Source: Octopus sinensis (taxonomy: Eukaryota). From it: 64,000 bases of DNA. This document shows, piece after piece, positions 25,436 to 39,149 of this stretch; the first letter of the stretch is position 1, and each line of letters begins with the position of its first letter. The notes below the pieces were generated by a model, which worked only from the letters and a program-made list of their open reading frames with translations, was not told the origin of the DNA and did not search any database. The position numbers and the translations under genes are program-made. The stretch covers positions 1 through 64,000 of the forward strand of contig NW_021833037.1 of NCBI RefSeq assembly GCF_006345805.1, written 5' to 3'.

Positions 25436-25663
25436 CTCTGTTTAATTCAGTGTAAATGTTGCCTGTCCCAAGCTTCAAAACAATATCAGAATGCTTTTTA
25501 TTTGACAAATAGCATCTTCGATTACCGACTTCGAAGTCAGTCGACTGACAATATGAGTGTGTTTCACAATGATATAAACACGTCGTATAATTAATATGAT
25601 TGTATCCAATAACATTGTTACTAGGGAGATAAACCCTGTTAACAATATCCAAGGGGCATTTTC
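25436..25663 (-). CDS. Internal coding exon of PAN/apple gene copy B (middle PAN module)
   Basis: TTTTCAG acceptor and GTAAGT donor. 228 bp phase 1-1 exon encoding KCPLDIVNRVYLPS...CLYHCETHSYCQSTDF...RCYLSN...YTELNR. Confidence 0.85.
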
Positions 25664-25815
25664 CTGAAAAGAGAAAATGGATAAATGAATTTTTTTCTTC
25701 TTTTCATTTTCGTAAACATGAGGGGAGACGCGGTTATAGTGAAGTGTTTTATTATTTCGGATTAATGAAAATTTAGTACTATATTAATTACTTTCGGTTA
25801 ATGAAAAATATTTAG

Positions 25816-26850
25816 CGAAGAAGAAGAAGAAGAAAAAGGAAAAGGAGGAGGGGAGGGGAAGGGAGGATGAGGAGGAGAAGGAGGAGAAAAAGAAGAAGAA
25901 GAAAAAGGAGGAGGAGGAGGGGAGAGGTAGAGAAGGAAGTGGAGAAGGAGGAGAAGTAGGAACAGGAGGAGGAGGATGAGGAGGACGAGGTGGAGGAGGA
26001 AGAGCAGGAGGAAGAGCAGGAGGAGGAGCAGGAGGAGGAGAAGTAGAGAACGAGGAGAAGTAGAAGAAGAAGGAGAAGAAAAGGAAGAAGAAGAAGAAGA
26101 AGAAGAAGAAGAAGAAGGAGAAAAAGAAGAAAAAAGGAAAAAAAGAAGAAGAAAAGGAAGAAGAAGAAGAAGAAGAAGAAGAAAAGGCAGAAGAAGAAAA
26201 GGAAGAAGCAGAAGAAAAAAGAAGAAAAGGAAGAAGAAGAAGAAAAGGAAGAAGAAGAAGAAGAAGAAGAAGAAGAAAAGGAAGAAGAAGACGAAGAAGA
26301 AAAATAAGAAGAAGAAGAAAAGAAGAAGAGAAGGAAGAAGAAAAGGAAGAAGAAGAAAAGGAAGAAGAAGAAGAAGAAGAGGAAGAGAAAAGGCCAAGAA
26401 GAAAGAGGAGGAAGAAATGGAAGAAGAAGAAGTAGAAGAAAAAGAAGAATAGAAGAATGGAAGAAGAGAAGAATAAGAAAAGGAATAAGAAAGAATAAGA
26501 AAAGAAGTAGAATAGGAAGAATGGAATAATAAGAAGAAGAAGAATAAGAAGAAGAAGAAATGGAAAAGAAGAAGAAATAAGAAGAAGAGAAGAATAAGAA
26601 AAGGAAGAAGAAGTAGAGGTAGAAAAGGAAGAAGAAGTATAAAGTAGAAAAGGAAGAAGAAGTATAGAGTAAAAAGGAAGAAGAAATAGAAGTAAAAAGG
26701 AAAAGAGAAGAAGAAGAAGAAAGTAAGTAAAGAAGAAGAAGAAGAAAAAATAAGAAGAAAGGAAGAAGAGGAAGAAGAAGAATAAGAAGAAGAGAAAAGA
26801 AGAAGAAAAAGAAGAAGAAGAAGAAGAAGAGAAGAAAGAAGACAGGAAGG
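25816..26850 (+). repeat. About 1 kb degenerate polypurine (GAA/GGA)n tract
   Basis: Almost exclusively A/G on +. Confidence 0.95.
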
Positions 26851-26999
26851 CACCGGGGATGTTTAACATATGAGAGCGATAAAACACTGCTCTAAAATTT
26901 ATCCAAAATCATCGGAAATGAAGACATCACATGGAACAAAAAATAGCTGACAAAGTGTTGGACTATATCCGAATAAGTAATACTCACTGAAATTTATTT

Positions 27000-29279
27000 C
27001 TATTTTCCAAATGAAATGATGTATTTTAACTGGATATCATCTCCACTGTCGCACAGCACATGTAAACACGCTTGATACATTACGATCCATGAACACCAGA
27101 CCAACTCCGGCCCCAAACATCATGTACAAAAAAATTACAAATAAATTAAATAATACCGGTCTTATTGAACCCATGAATAACAATGCGGAAGTACGTACTT
27201 TAAACTTGTTACACAAAAAGTACGAAAAACTACACGTGCAAAACTATTTGACATCAGAAATGACCGGACCGGTACCCTACGAAAATGATGACCGTCAAAA
27301 TAAAGCGCCGGACATTGTTTCTCATGTCCCGCAAATAAAACCGAAAGGGCATAAACGGACACGTGAGGAATATATTTCAATCCTACATGCTTATTTTACA
27401 GCAGTCCTCTACTCAAAGAAAGAAAGCAACACAACATATACATATAAAATATGGAAGAAAAATAACCTAAATAAAGACTTGGATACAGCAATGAACCCTA
27501 ATAAACTAGTTAACATACGAAGATATATTCTCATACGGAAAAATATATCAGAAATAGAAATAGAACACTTGAAAGGAAAATACACCAGGAAAATGTAGAT
27601 AGTAGCCACATAACAATGCCAAATAGTATAGACACTGAGATAGTAAAACACGAAGACAAACGTAACATTTCCAGCAAAAGCGAAGTAAACAAAAAACAAC
27701 AAACCCGAACCGTAGGGATGTATAATAATGTACAAAAAGTACCAATCCAGAACACCGCAGGCAAACATATGAATGAGAAGGAAGGCGAAGCAAATCTAAA
27801 GCCGGGAAACAACGAAGGGGAACCTAATGATTATGATACTATAAAGATGAGAATAATCAAAGAACTTAAAACCACAGATCTCAGAATGCACCACTGACTA
27901 TACCAAAAATCAAAATAGACAATAACACATCAATAATAAAAGCATAACCCTGGCCGTTACGGAACTAATAGCCACAGACAAATGGCAATATCACTGAGCT
28001 AAATGACATAATATATGTAGAAGCCACTGCACGCACGAAAGGAGCTGGATGCTCCCTCAAACCCATCCAAACAGGAGTACGACCACCCAAACAAACCCTG
28101 TGGATAAATAATATCCATAAAAAGTATTTGTCGATTGTTAACGAAATTAGTAGACAATCAAAACTACTAAGTAACAAGAAGAAAACAAAAATACTGTGCA
28201 AATACATTACAGAAGATTTACCTGAGGTAAAAGAAAAGCTAAAGCAAGATATACTTGCAAAAGCACAAATGATCCACCGGTATGGGAAACGCCAACGTTT
28301 CTTTGAACAAAACAAACAGTTCAACTCCAACCCCCAAAAATTCTACCAAGAACTTGTCAAAAATAAAACAAGCATCAATGCAGCACCAACAGCAGAAGAT
28401 GTGGAAGGATTTTGGAAAGAAATATGGTCGGCGAATGAACAACCTCAGAAAAGGACTAATTAAACAACGAACATACCACCTGAGCAACTCTGGCCCCCAA
28501 TAACAATTGAAGAGGTCACCCAGGCACTGCAAAGACTAAGCAACTGGAAGGCACCTGGGCACGACAAGATCTCCAACTTCTGGTTAAAATATCTTACAGG
28601 TACACGCAAAAAGCTGGCTGAAAACTTTAATGACATACTAGCAGAGCCAAGACAATGCCTGAATGGCTCATGAAATGGAAATATATCCTAATTCTCAAAT
28701 CTACTGAAACGGCAAACCCACAAAACTACAGACCTATAACCTGTCTCCCTACAATGTACAAAGCCTTTACTGAAGTAATATCGCAAAGATTGAGCAAACA
28801 TCTAGAAGAAAACAACCTGTTTCCAGAAGAGTAGAAGGGATGCTGCAAGGGCTCATACAGCTGTAAAGATCAATTAATAATCAACAAAACCATAACTGAA
28901 GACTGCCGCAGAAAGAAGAAAGGCCTCAGTATTGCCTGGATCGACTACCGAAATGCGTTTGATAGTATTCCCCACACATGGATCCTCAAAACACTAGCCA
29001 TGAACAAGGTAGCACCAATAATTATAAAATACATAAGACGCTCTATGAATAAATGGCAGACAGTGCTACAGCTCCAAACAAAAGAAGGACTCGTGAAAAC
29101 TAAAGCCATTCCCATTAGAAGAGGAATATTCCGGAGAGACACGCTTTCCTCACTCCTTTTCTGCTTGGCACTGACACCTCTATCTGACATGCTAAATAGA
29201 ACTGGATGCAGATACAAATGTTACGGCAAAACAATCAGCCATCTTTTATATATGGATGACCTAAAACTATACGCTACAA
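27000..29279 (+). mobile_element. R4/Dong-like non-LTR retrotransposon, decayed, 3' truncated
   Basis: NYRPITCLPTMYK, WIDYRNAFDSIPH and HLLYMDDLKLYA motifs. Homologous to 50035-53942. Confidence 0.85.
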
Positions 29280-29297
29280 TGTGGAGGCTTGTGGCTA

Positions 29298-29605
29298 GTG
29301 GAGGCGCGTGGCTTAGTGGTTAGGGTGTCAGCATCATGATCGTAAGGTTGTGGTTTCGATTCCTTGACCGGGCGAAACGTTGTGTTCTTGAGCAAAACAC
29401 TTCATTTCACGTTGCTCCAGTCTACTCAGCTGGCACAAATGAGTAACGCTGCGATGGACTGGCGTCCCATGCAGCTGGGGAACACATACGCCATGGAAAC
29501 CGGGAAACCGGGCCCATGAGTCTGGCTAGGCTTTAAAAGGGTGCATTTATTATTGTGGAAGCACATGGCCAAGTGGTTAGGGCAGCGGACTCGCGGTCGA
29601 GGGAG
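29298..29605 (+). mobile_element. tRNA-derived SINE plus a second truncated SINE head
   Basis: GGAGGCGCGTGGCTTAGTGGTTAGGG...GGTTTCGATTCC A/B boxes, body TGTTCTTGAGCAAAACACTTCATTTCACGTTGCTCCAG. Second head at 29555. Confidence 0.8.
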
Positions 29606-31740
29606 CAATTATCATTATGGACTCTGCTGATAAACGGATCTGTCTCACATACGACAGCAGCTTTTCGACATAATTCCACAAGTCAGCAATGCCCGGAAAT
29701 TGAACCAGTTCATGCAGAACGGTTTCGTCGCACTGTAGGCACCTCGGACAAGCCCATCTGACAGTACAACCATGTTTGTAGAGTTTATTTTGACGAGTAG
29801 CGCCCTCCGCTAGCACTGCCAGGACAAAAGATATCTGGATATTATCAATAGTAGCCCCCGATCGAAAAGTCCTCCGCAATAGACTAGCTATTTCGTTTTA
29901 GTTGACGCCCAGGTTCTCCCCGAGGACATCATCGCACTTCCCCACTACTAATTCTCTGTAAATAGCTAAAGTGGCCCATCCACATGTCCTATTGCCCAAC
30001 TGGTACAGGACAGTGAGCGCCTGACAATATTTTAAGTACCAGGTGCCCAGTCTCGGCCTATCCTTTACCCAGAACTGCAGCTCTGTTTGGAGACGAATCC
30101 ACATAGGGTAACCTTCGCTGCAGGTGGCACAACCTGGGTGCGTGTCTGCTCATTAAAAACTATGGCATGCCTATGCCGCCACGCAAAGGAAGTTGGCGGC
30201 AGACCGACCGCCTGACCATTGGAACGCGTCCTTTCTACATGAAAAGAAACAGGATACACTCCAGTCTAATCAAGCGGTAACTGGGATAAGGCATGTCGGT
30301 CAGACTATAAATAATAACAGAGTAATGTAGGCATGTGCCACCTTTGCCCGACCTTTCAGGGACAACTTCCTCTCTCCCCATTTCTTGGTAAGACAGCCGC
30401 CCCTCTCTTCCTCACCTCTTTCCAATTCTTATCCACGTGGAGGTTGGGACCAAATCAGACCCCGGGCGGTTTAACAGGTCCATCAGTCAAACGTCCGACG
30501 ACGCCGTCCGAGAGCATCGATCTGCTTCTCCAGATGCCCAGTCGCAAGTCCACCGACTCCTCGGCATTGATTTTAGCCCCAGCAACCGATTCATATTCCT
30601 TTACAATGGAGCCGACCGTCTCCCCTGCAGAGGCACTCGACACTGCCCTCCCGAGTCCAATTTCGAAAGAGAGGCCACTTAACTGTTCCAACTTCCACAG
30701 AAGTGGCTCGAGAGCCAGTACGATACTAAACGGTTGCGAAAGGTGACCATTTATTTTGCCCACCGAGCAAGTGTCACTGTGCATTACAGTAATCCAGCCT
30801 CTGAGAACGGGTTCGAAACCGGCTGCTTTCAGGACGGCTTCAAAATAGCATTGGTTGATCCTATCGAAAGCTTTCGATTGATCTAAATTGGTCAGCTTTA
30901 GTCCCAGCCGTCTCTACGATGTAGAGTTGTCGTGGATAGACCTGCTCGGAATAGCTCACATTTGTGCCTCCCCGACCAGACTACCGACGACAAAGGCCAA
31001 CCTTTTCGCTAACACTTTGGCCAAAATCTTAAACTCTGTGGTTAGCAGAGTTATGGGCTGAAATTCCCCAACATGTCCCCATTGTCGGTGTCCTTTCTCA
31101 GCAGTGTTACTACAACCCGGTTAAGAGCCCTAGGAATTCTCCTGTTCTGCTGTCAGTTGCTGTAGACATCTTCCAAGAGGTTGCGAAACAAATCTGGCAT
31201 GAATACACAGAATTCGTAGGGCAAACCTTCCAAACCGGAATATGCGACTTATGCAATCGCTCATCGCCTCCCGTATTTCAGGGTTGTAATCGGCTGTTGC
31301 AGAATTTCGCGTCCGTTATCGAGACCCCACCCTACCAAAACAGTCGCGCAAAGTTGCCACATTACGCCTCTTCTACTCTTCTACTCGGGCGCATCCAAGA
31401 GTTATTGTTTCTTCGTGCATTACAGTGCGCTCCCTAGGTTTGACAAATCAAACGTCGTTCTTGAAAAATAAGTCAAGAGCCAATCTCGCCGCCAACATGT
31501 CGATTGCTCTTCCTAAATGCTTCTTCTAGCTTCCTAACAGGGTCTCCGCCTACTCTAGATTTCCTTATCGCTAATTCTCTATTAATGTTTCTATTCTAGA
31601 AGCATTTTTCGGAGTCATCCACCGTCAGTTGTTGACGATTGAACCCGTCAACTCCGGACGGACTAACTTACTAACACATCTCTGAAAGCTTGGCGCACAG
31701 GGAACTACAAAATAATAAACGTGCTTGATTTTCATCTGAA
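29606..31740 (-). mobile_element. L1/Tx1-clade LINE ORF2 remnant
   Basis: PITLLTTEFKILAKVLAKRL, NLDQSKAFDRI and INGHLSQPFSI motifs, with C-terminal CPRCLQCDETVLH. Confidence 0.8.
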
Positions 31741-32440
31741 AAATAAAGCAAGCGAGAGAAAAGAGATGGAAGAAGAAGAAGAAGAAGATAGAAAGAAAGA
31801 AGAAGAAGAAGAAAGAAAGAAAGGTGATCAGAATTGTGAATATTTTGATTTGATCCAGTTTTAGGATTTTCATTCGTTTATGGATGAGTTACCCAATTTG
31901 GTTCCAAATTTCTTCATTTTCTACGTGAAAAAAATTAAATCTGTGTTTCACACATTCAGTTAATCTTCTGTAATTATTTTACGTAATTTAAGTAAAACTG
32001 GTATCATATCCTCATATAGTGTAAGATATCTTTTCGTCTCCCTCACAGACTAATGTCATCTACACACAATTTAGATATTACACCCCAGACATGCATTATT
32101 TTCATCATCAAAGATATTGAGAATATTCACTGACAGTCACGTGACAAAAACCTAAACACACAACCTTTTGACAAAACGTTGCCTTTTCTCTTTTCTCCTT
32201 GGTAATCTTGTGTCTCAATCCCAAAATCTATGCTAAGCGCATCAATCAAACCTTTATTAGAACTTTCACTCTCTGAAACGAAAACTCTACAAACAATTTT
32301 TTATCCACAGACACCATTCTACATTGACCAGAGAAATCGTAGAGACTTTTCAAATGCCGACAGTATTGTCTCTCTTTGGACTAAAACACAGAATACAAGT
32401 CAAGGAATAAAATAAACCCAGAAGATTCAAATTTGTTTAC

Positions 32441-32698
32441 CGTCTCTATACTTGGTCGGCACAGTTCTTCTCAACTGATAAAAATAGGCATTATTTTCCA
32501 TTGTTAGAATTTTCTCTGTTGAGTCATCTTCGTATAAAATACATCTTGGGCTTATCGTTCTGCTCACGAAGGATTTACATGCAGAAGTTTCAAAACAATT
32601 CTTCGAACAGTTGAAGTCATCCACATCAAGTGTCGTCAATGTTTTAGCATCTTTCAGATCACAGTGTTGTACTTTTATAAAATACGTCAGATATTCAA
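32441..32698 (-). CDS. Upstream coding exon of copy B (first PAN module)
   Basis: Encodes ...NCSKNCFETSACKSFVSRTISPRCILY...FYQL (PAN pattern). Phase-1 donor G|GTAAAC at 32440 joins in frame to exon 25663. Candidate acceptor TTTTGTTACAG at 32699, but the frame stays open to ATGs at 32852/32870, so the 5' boundary is uncertain. Confidence 0.7.
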
Positions 32699-34172
32699 CT
32701 GTAACAAAAGCCAGGCAAATTAAACAACCCAAATAGGAAGACGTAAATAAAATATTGTGAAAATATATAATATAAAGAAAGAGAATATTAAATGTTTGAC
32801 GATCAACATCGGTATGTTTACTAGGAAGAAGTGATAAAGTTGTTACTACCATAGTGTAGGTACAAGGCATCTTGGAATATATTATCTGTTTAATAAATAT
32901 GAGTTTTTAAAGTTGTTTAATTCTCATATTTAAATGACTCATATGTTATGTTCTATAATGTTCAGCGGTTGTGCATTGTAAAGTTTGCCCCAGTATCAGC
33001 ACTTTGTCAAATTTAACAAAATGCTTAGAAACTGACGAAACACTGACGAAATGAAAATTATGTTCAGAATTGAATTCGTCATTATTCGGCGGTTTTATCT
33101 TGAACTTAGAATTTTAAATTTTCTTTTCAACTAATTTACTCTGAGAAGGAAAATATTTTCCTATACTGAACTTATAAATTACAATTTTGCGCTGTGATTT
33201 TTATAATGTTTATAGATATAGGTCTATATATTGATATAAATCTACTCACGTCCATTTCCAAATGTCAATGAGATGTAGAAGAGAACTGCAACGAAAATTT
33301 ATTTTGTAAAATATTTTATATTCCATGTCCACGTTTAGCATTAATTTACAAACATTAAAGACGAAAAGATTAAGAAAGAGAAGTGTTATATGCATAATTC
33401 GATAATAAATACGACGATGACCACCACCACATCATCACCATAAAAATATAATGCGAGAGTTGACCACATTCTTACTGCTGATCCATTCCTTGTCAAACCC
33501 AATTATGTTCTTAGAAGGAATCTATGTCCACTGGATCATGTACCATCATTTGGAGACAAGAACGGTTAGGAGGGATAAAACATCAAAGACGATACATAAT
33601 AACCACCTGACCACAATCGGGGAAATGACAGACAAAGATATCAAAAAGAATCGTACAAGGATAAATTTATCAAAGAATGAAACAATAATATTTGTACTCA
33701 GATTGATATCGCAATTACTTTTTGCAAAAACATTTCCTGGTGAGAGATGTGGAAACTGTCAATATTCACGATCCATGAATTTAAAATGAACAAGAATCAG
33801 GTATGAATTTGAAAACGATATGACTGAAGTACAAGTAAAAGCCATATCAACGATATTCTCAGTTCAAAAGATGATCCAGTTAAACCTGGCCCACGTGGTA
33901 CGCAAGACACTTTCAATTTAGCCGTACATCTCAAATAGTTCCCTATATAATCACCGACCAATAAAATATTTACATTTTACACAACACATACTGTAAAGAA
34001 TCACAGCGAAACAATGTACACAACACATTCTCCAGACATTAACTGATCCAATAAAATATTCATATACATATAAGAAATTAAAATTAAATGCAAACCTCTC
34101 AAATGAAATGCATCCAAAGATATTTTTATTCATGCATAATATATATATATATATACATATCATATATATCTA

Positions 34173-34220
<48 letters not shown>

Positions 34221-34260
34221 TGCATGTATATATATATATATACGTATATATATGTTGTAT

Positions 34261-34291
<31 letters not shown>

Positions 34292-34388
34292 TACATATGC
34301 ACATGTATATATATACATACATACATATATATATTTTTTCTAGTTTCAGCTCAGAGCTGCGGCCATGCTGATGCACCGCCGTTTTGTG

Positions 34389-34452
<64 letters not shown>

Positions 34453-34567
34453 CATATATATATGTGTGTTTGTGTGTGTGTGTATGTGTGTGTATGTGTA
34501 TGTATGTATATATGTATGTATGTATGTATGTATGCATGTATGTGTTTGTATATGTATATATATGTAT

Positions 34568-34664
<97 letters not shown>

Positions 34665-34835
34665 AAGAAAAAGTCAGAATTTTGGAAAAAAAATTCTTTT
34701 ATTTCGTTCCTCTCTCTCTCGAACTTGTCAAATACAATTTTGTGAATGTCCAAACAGCTTGTTCATTTATATAAAACAGATATTTTGGGGGTTTTGTTTA
34801 GAAGAGAATAGTGTTTTTGTTTTTTGGGGGGGATA

Positions 34836-35920
34836 GGTGAGGTTCTTTGATGATTGCTTCCTCTTCTGGGACAAATCGAATGAAGATCTGACTATATTTA
34901 ACTATATACTGAACACACTTCACCCATCCATCAAATTCACGACAGAATCCAGTTGCAATGAACTACCATTCCTGGATATCCACATAAAAATACAGAACTT
35001 CACAGTCACAGCAGATATATATTTTAGAAAAAATCTGACACACACCAATATTTAATTTCTACTCTTGCCATCCTTCGCACATCAAAAGGAACATCCCATA
35101 GAGCATGGCATCCCATAGAGCATCTGTGCTATAGTATCTGGCCCCAAAATACGTGAAATCCGACTCAACGAACTCAAAATCTTCCTCACAATGCATAAAT
35201 ACCTCTTAGGATTATTAATGAGGCAATTAAAAAGGCGATGAAACTGAACATCACCCAACTACGGAAACCTAAGGAAAAAGTTAATGAAAACACGATTCCG
35301 TTCATTAACACTCACATTCCTGGAATAACTAACATCTTTTACACCATAAAATCGAACTTACCTATACTCCTACAAAGCCCCAAAATGAAAACTCTGATTG
35401 AAAAAACACCTTACGGAATAGCAGACGCCAACCAAAAAATCTTAAAACACACCTCACAAGGGCAAAATTCAAATCAGAGAATGAATCAGAATTCTTAGTA
35501 AAAGAATGTGGAGATAGGAGATGTGGAGATAGGAGATGTGGAACATGCAACAACATCAACAACTTCTAATACTTGGAAGGTGGTTCCCACATAAAATTCG
35601 AGAGTGGATTTCTTTTCAAAATAAATGCAGATATGAACTGCAAAGCACAAAACTTCATATACTGCATAACCTGTTCAAACTGCAAGGAAAATTACATTGG
35701 CGAAACAAATAATTTCCTCTGCCAACGTGCAAGAATCCACAGGCAACATATCCGACAAGAGGAATTACGCAAGATTCCATTGAGTAAGCATCTGGAAATA
35801 TGCGGCGACGGAAAATTCAAAATTTTTCCCTTTTACAAATGTTCACGGAACGATCCGCAATACCGAAAAGCAATGGAAGTACATTTCATCAAAACATTCT
35901 CTCCAAAGTTGAATGTTTGA
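34836..35920 (+). mobile_element. Penelope-like element, RT C-terminus plus GIY-YIG endonuclease (frameshifted)
   Basis: RFFDDCFLFW, ELPFLDIHI, HPSHIKRNIP and CKAQNFIYCITCSNCKENYIGET...RIHRQ motifs. Confidence 0.88.
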
Positions 35921-36182
35921 AAGAAAAGCAGAGACAGTAGGTTTCGTAAATGTTTTACTAATATTCTCTAACGCAAAATTATGAGGCATGATTGGAGTTA
36001 CACAGGATAAACATGGACATGTTCCCAAACATACGCACACACACTCACACACGCACACAGAAACATGCACACACACACGCACGTACACACACACACACTT
36101 CATCAAGGAATCATATCTATGTGTAGCATTGGGATGTTCTAGCTTTACGTATATATAAGTATGTGTGTATGTGTGTATATAT

Positions 36183-38325
36183 ACTTTGATACTTTGATAG
36201 GTTTCGGCCATTATTGGCCCAGGCCATGTCTAACTTAATAGCACCACCTGGTGAAGTCTTTCAAGTCAGAATTTGGGCAGTATGGCCCACTCAAGTAGAG
36301 AGTTATTGTTTACAGAGACATATCCGGTGTAGGGGGTTTATCCGGGATTTCTTGAAGGAATCTGTCCAAAGACTTCTTGAACCCTATAGGGTCAGTTTCT
36401 GTTTTAATGTGTTTTGGTGTAATGTTAAAGAGAGCGGGGCCAATTGAGGTGAAATAATTGTGCCGTATTGTTGTTATGAGATGAGAGTGCGATTTTTGTT
36501 TTGGGCGGATGGCACGGGGCCCAAGCCTTGGATGTACCTTAAAGGTGATGCCAACATCATTTGGGCAATGCTGATGGAATATTTTCCACATCATTCAGAT
36601 GATGTAGCGCTCACGACGACGTTGGAGAGAATAGAGTTTTAGCTTTTCTAGTCGACCCCAATAGTCGAGGCCTGTCATGCCATCTATCTCTTTTGTAATT
36701 GATCTTTGAGGTGCTTCAACTTCCATGATACTTTGTTACGCGTGGAGAGACCACCGTGGACAACAGTATTCAAGGTGGGATCGGGGCAAAAGTGGAGAAG
36801 AGAAGGATAATGGCCTGAATATCTCTCGACTGGAAGGTTCTGAGAACCCAGGAACACATTCTGCGGGCCATGTCAACTTTGCTGTTTATATGAGCGGACC
36901 AGCTTATGATGTCCACAATTACTCCCAAGTCTCCGATGTTGTTGGATGCCATGAAAGTTTCACCTGAGGGAAGGGAGTATAGGGTTTTCAGGGTATTCTC
37001 TTTTCCGAAGTGGATTAACTCTCAAATGTGTCCTCGTTGAGCAGCATATTGTTTTTTTTCTGCCCATTGGATAACAGCCAGTAGATCTGACTGAAGGCAT
37101 GTCCGGTCACTCGCCTCATTTATGACCTTCTGTAGCTTGGAATCATCTGCAAAGATTTTTATGTTGCTGTGCTTGATGATGTCATTAATGTCATTAATGT
37201 AGATGATGAAAAGAAGTGGGCCCAGCACAGTGCCTTGCGGAACGCCACTACTGACTTTGGCTGGGCTTGATTTTACCCCTTCAACTACAACATGTTGAGA
37301 TCTGTCTGTCAGGAAACACTTGATCCATTTCAGTAACTTTCCAGAGACACCAATGCTGGATAGTTTTTTCAATAGGATCTTGTGATCAATCCTGTCGAAG
37401 GCCTTACTGAAATCAAGGTAGATGACATCGGTGTTGGAGCCCTCTCCCAAAGCTCTCAAAATGTCATCAAAGTGATGCAGGAGCTGCGTTAGGCAGTCCC
37501 TTCCATTACGGAACCCATGTTGGTTAGAGATCAGCCGTCTGTTGCTTTCCAGAAATTGGGTTATTCGAGATCTCACCACCCTCTCAAATACCTTGATGAT
37601 ATGAGAGGTGAGTGAGATCGGACGGTAGTTCACTGCAAGGGACTTGTTTCCTTTTTGAAAACTGGGACAACAGACTGGGACAGAAGGTTTTTGGAATATA
37701 GCCAGCATCCAGTGAGTTTCTCCACAGATTAGCAAGGGGAGATGCAAGTTGGTGTCGACACACCTTCAGGACACAAGCAGGGAACCTATCGGGGCCTACT
37801 GCTGAATTGTGTTTTATTTCGTTTATCGCCGCTAAGACATCAGGGGCACTAAACGTTATGTCCGATATAGTGTGTTGGGGGGTGACATCACTGATACAGC
37901 CCAGATCGGCCATATCAGGATTGCTGAAAACAGAGCAGTATTGTTTCTGCAGTATCTCGGCCATGGATTTGGCATTATCTTGGAGAGTGCCAGTTTCATC
38001 AATTAGAGGGCCAACAATGGAGACAGTGACCCTGCGTTTCCTCGCAAATGAAAAGAACACTTTGGGGTTGAGTTTGATTTTTTCAATGGCCCACTTCTCC
38101 TCAGCTGATCTTTGGTTATTGATGAGGGTCTTCATGCATTGTTGGAGGTTATATTTTTTGGATTCAAGCAGTGCGATAGCCGTCGAATGTGTGTGTTGCT
38201 GTTGGCAGTACTTTAGTTTGTTAATTTTTTTGTTTGTTCTTTTTATTTTTCTGATAATAGTTTTTTCTGTTTTGGGGGATTCTGCACTTTTTGTTCACAG
38301 GTCTTGGTGGGGAGTGTTTTGCACA
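36183..38325 (-). mobile_element. CR1/L2-like LINE family 1, 5' truncated
   Basis: NYRPISLTSHIIKVFER, YLDFSKAFD, GVPQGTVLGPLLF and FADDSK motifs. 3' tail (ATCAAAGT)n. Confidence 0.9.
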
Positions 38326-39149
38326 TATATATTCGTTTTATTTTATTTACTGATTGATTTTTCAAATTGTTAATTTGCAAATATTATACTAATGTATTTT
38401 CATGCAGAACTAAGCCTTATCAAAACATTCCCTCCAAAAATGAATGTTTGGAATGGGTATATTCTAAATATAACACAAAGAGGAGAAAAAGAAAGAAAGG
38501 AGGAATAAAGAAGAGGATAAGAAAGAAAGCAAAAAAGACTTTCAGTGATGACCAAACCACACCTGTTTTTATTTTAAATTTTTATTTATTTTTTTAAGAC
38601 GTCACCATCCTTAAATTCTTTCCAATACAATGGTAAAAGGAAAACTAATTAAATAAATGAATGAATGGTGAATAGGAAGGTGGATACCCCTTCTCTCTCT
38701 CTTACCTTCTACTCATCTATCTATCTATCTATCTATCTATCTGACTATCTATATAACTAACTATATATCTATATATCTATCAATCTATCTATCAGCCTAT
38801 CTACCTACCTATATTTCTATCTATCCATCTCCATTGTCTTGGAACCTCACCCAAAAAACAAAAACAATGTTCTCTTCTAAACAAAACCCAAAAAAACATC
38901 TGTTTTATATAAATGAACAAGCTGTTTGTACATTCACAAAATTGTATTTGACAAGTTCTAGAGAAGAACGAAAGCGTTAATAATAATGAAGAAATAAAAG
39001 GATCTTTTTCCAAAATTCTGGCGATTTTTTTTCTCGATATTCAATTCAGTACATCACACCTGACACTCTATACATGTCCGGCATTCGCCATGATAGATCT
39101 CTAGCCACTACACATTCTATACTTTCTCTCCCTGTTCATTTCTGTGTTC

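Larger units (their letters stand above)
34668..39030. repeat. Pair of about 165-185 bp inverted repeats (34668-34832 / 38848-39030) bracketing nested retroelements
   Basis: AACTTGTCAAATACAATTTTGTGAATGT-CAAACAGCTTGTTCATTTATATAAAACAGAT and its reverse complement. Confidence 0.7.

Noticed and set aside
25784-26887. Long ORFs of 367, 351 and 158 aa (F/S/L-rich or K/E/R-rich)
   Set aside because: Translations of the (GAA)n tract; stop-free only because of composition.
29298-29375. tRNA-like sequences (also at 14560, 48270-48345 and 54015-54085)
   Set aside because: They are SINE heads with A/B boxes followed by SINE bodies, without a clean cloverleaf.
33451-33789. 112 aa ATG-initiated ORF
   Set aside because: No recognisable motif or splice support; possibly a decayed retroelement 5' region.
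34088-34753. YI/HT/CM-repeat ORFs here and at about 930, 5410, 20033, 43620, 45250 and 56403
   Set aside because: Microsatellite translations.
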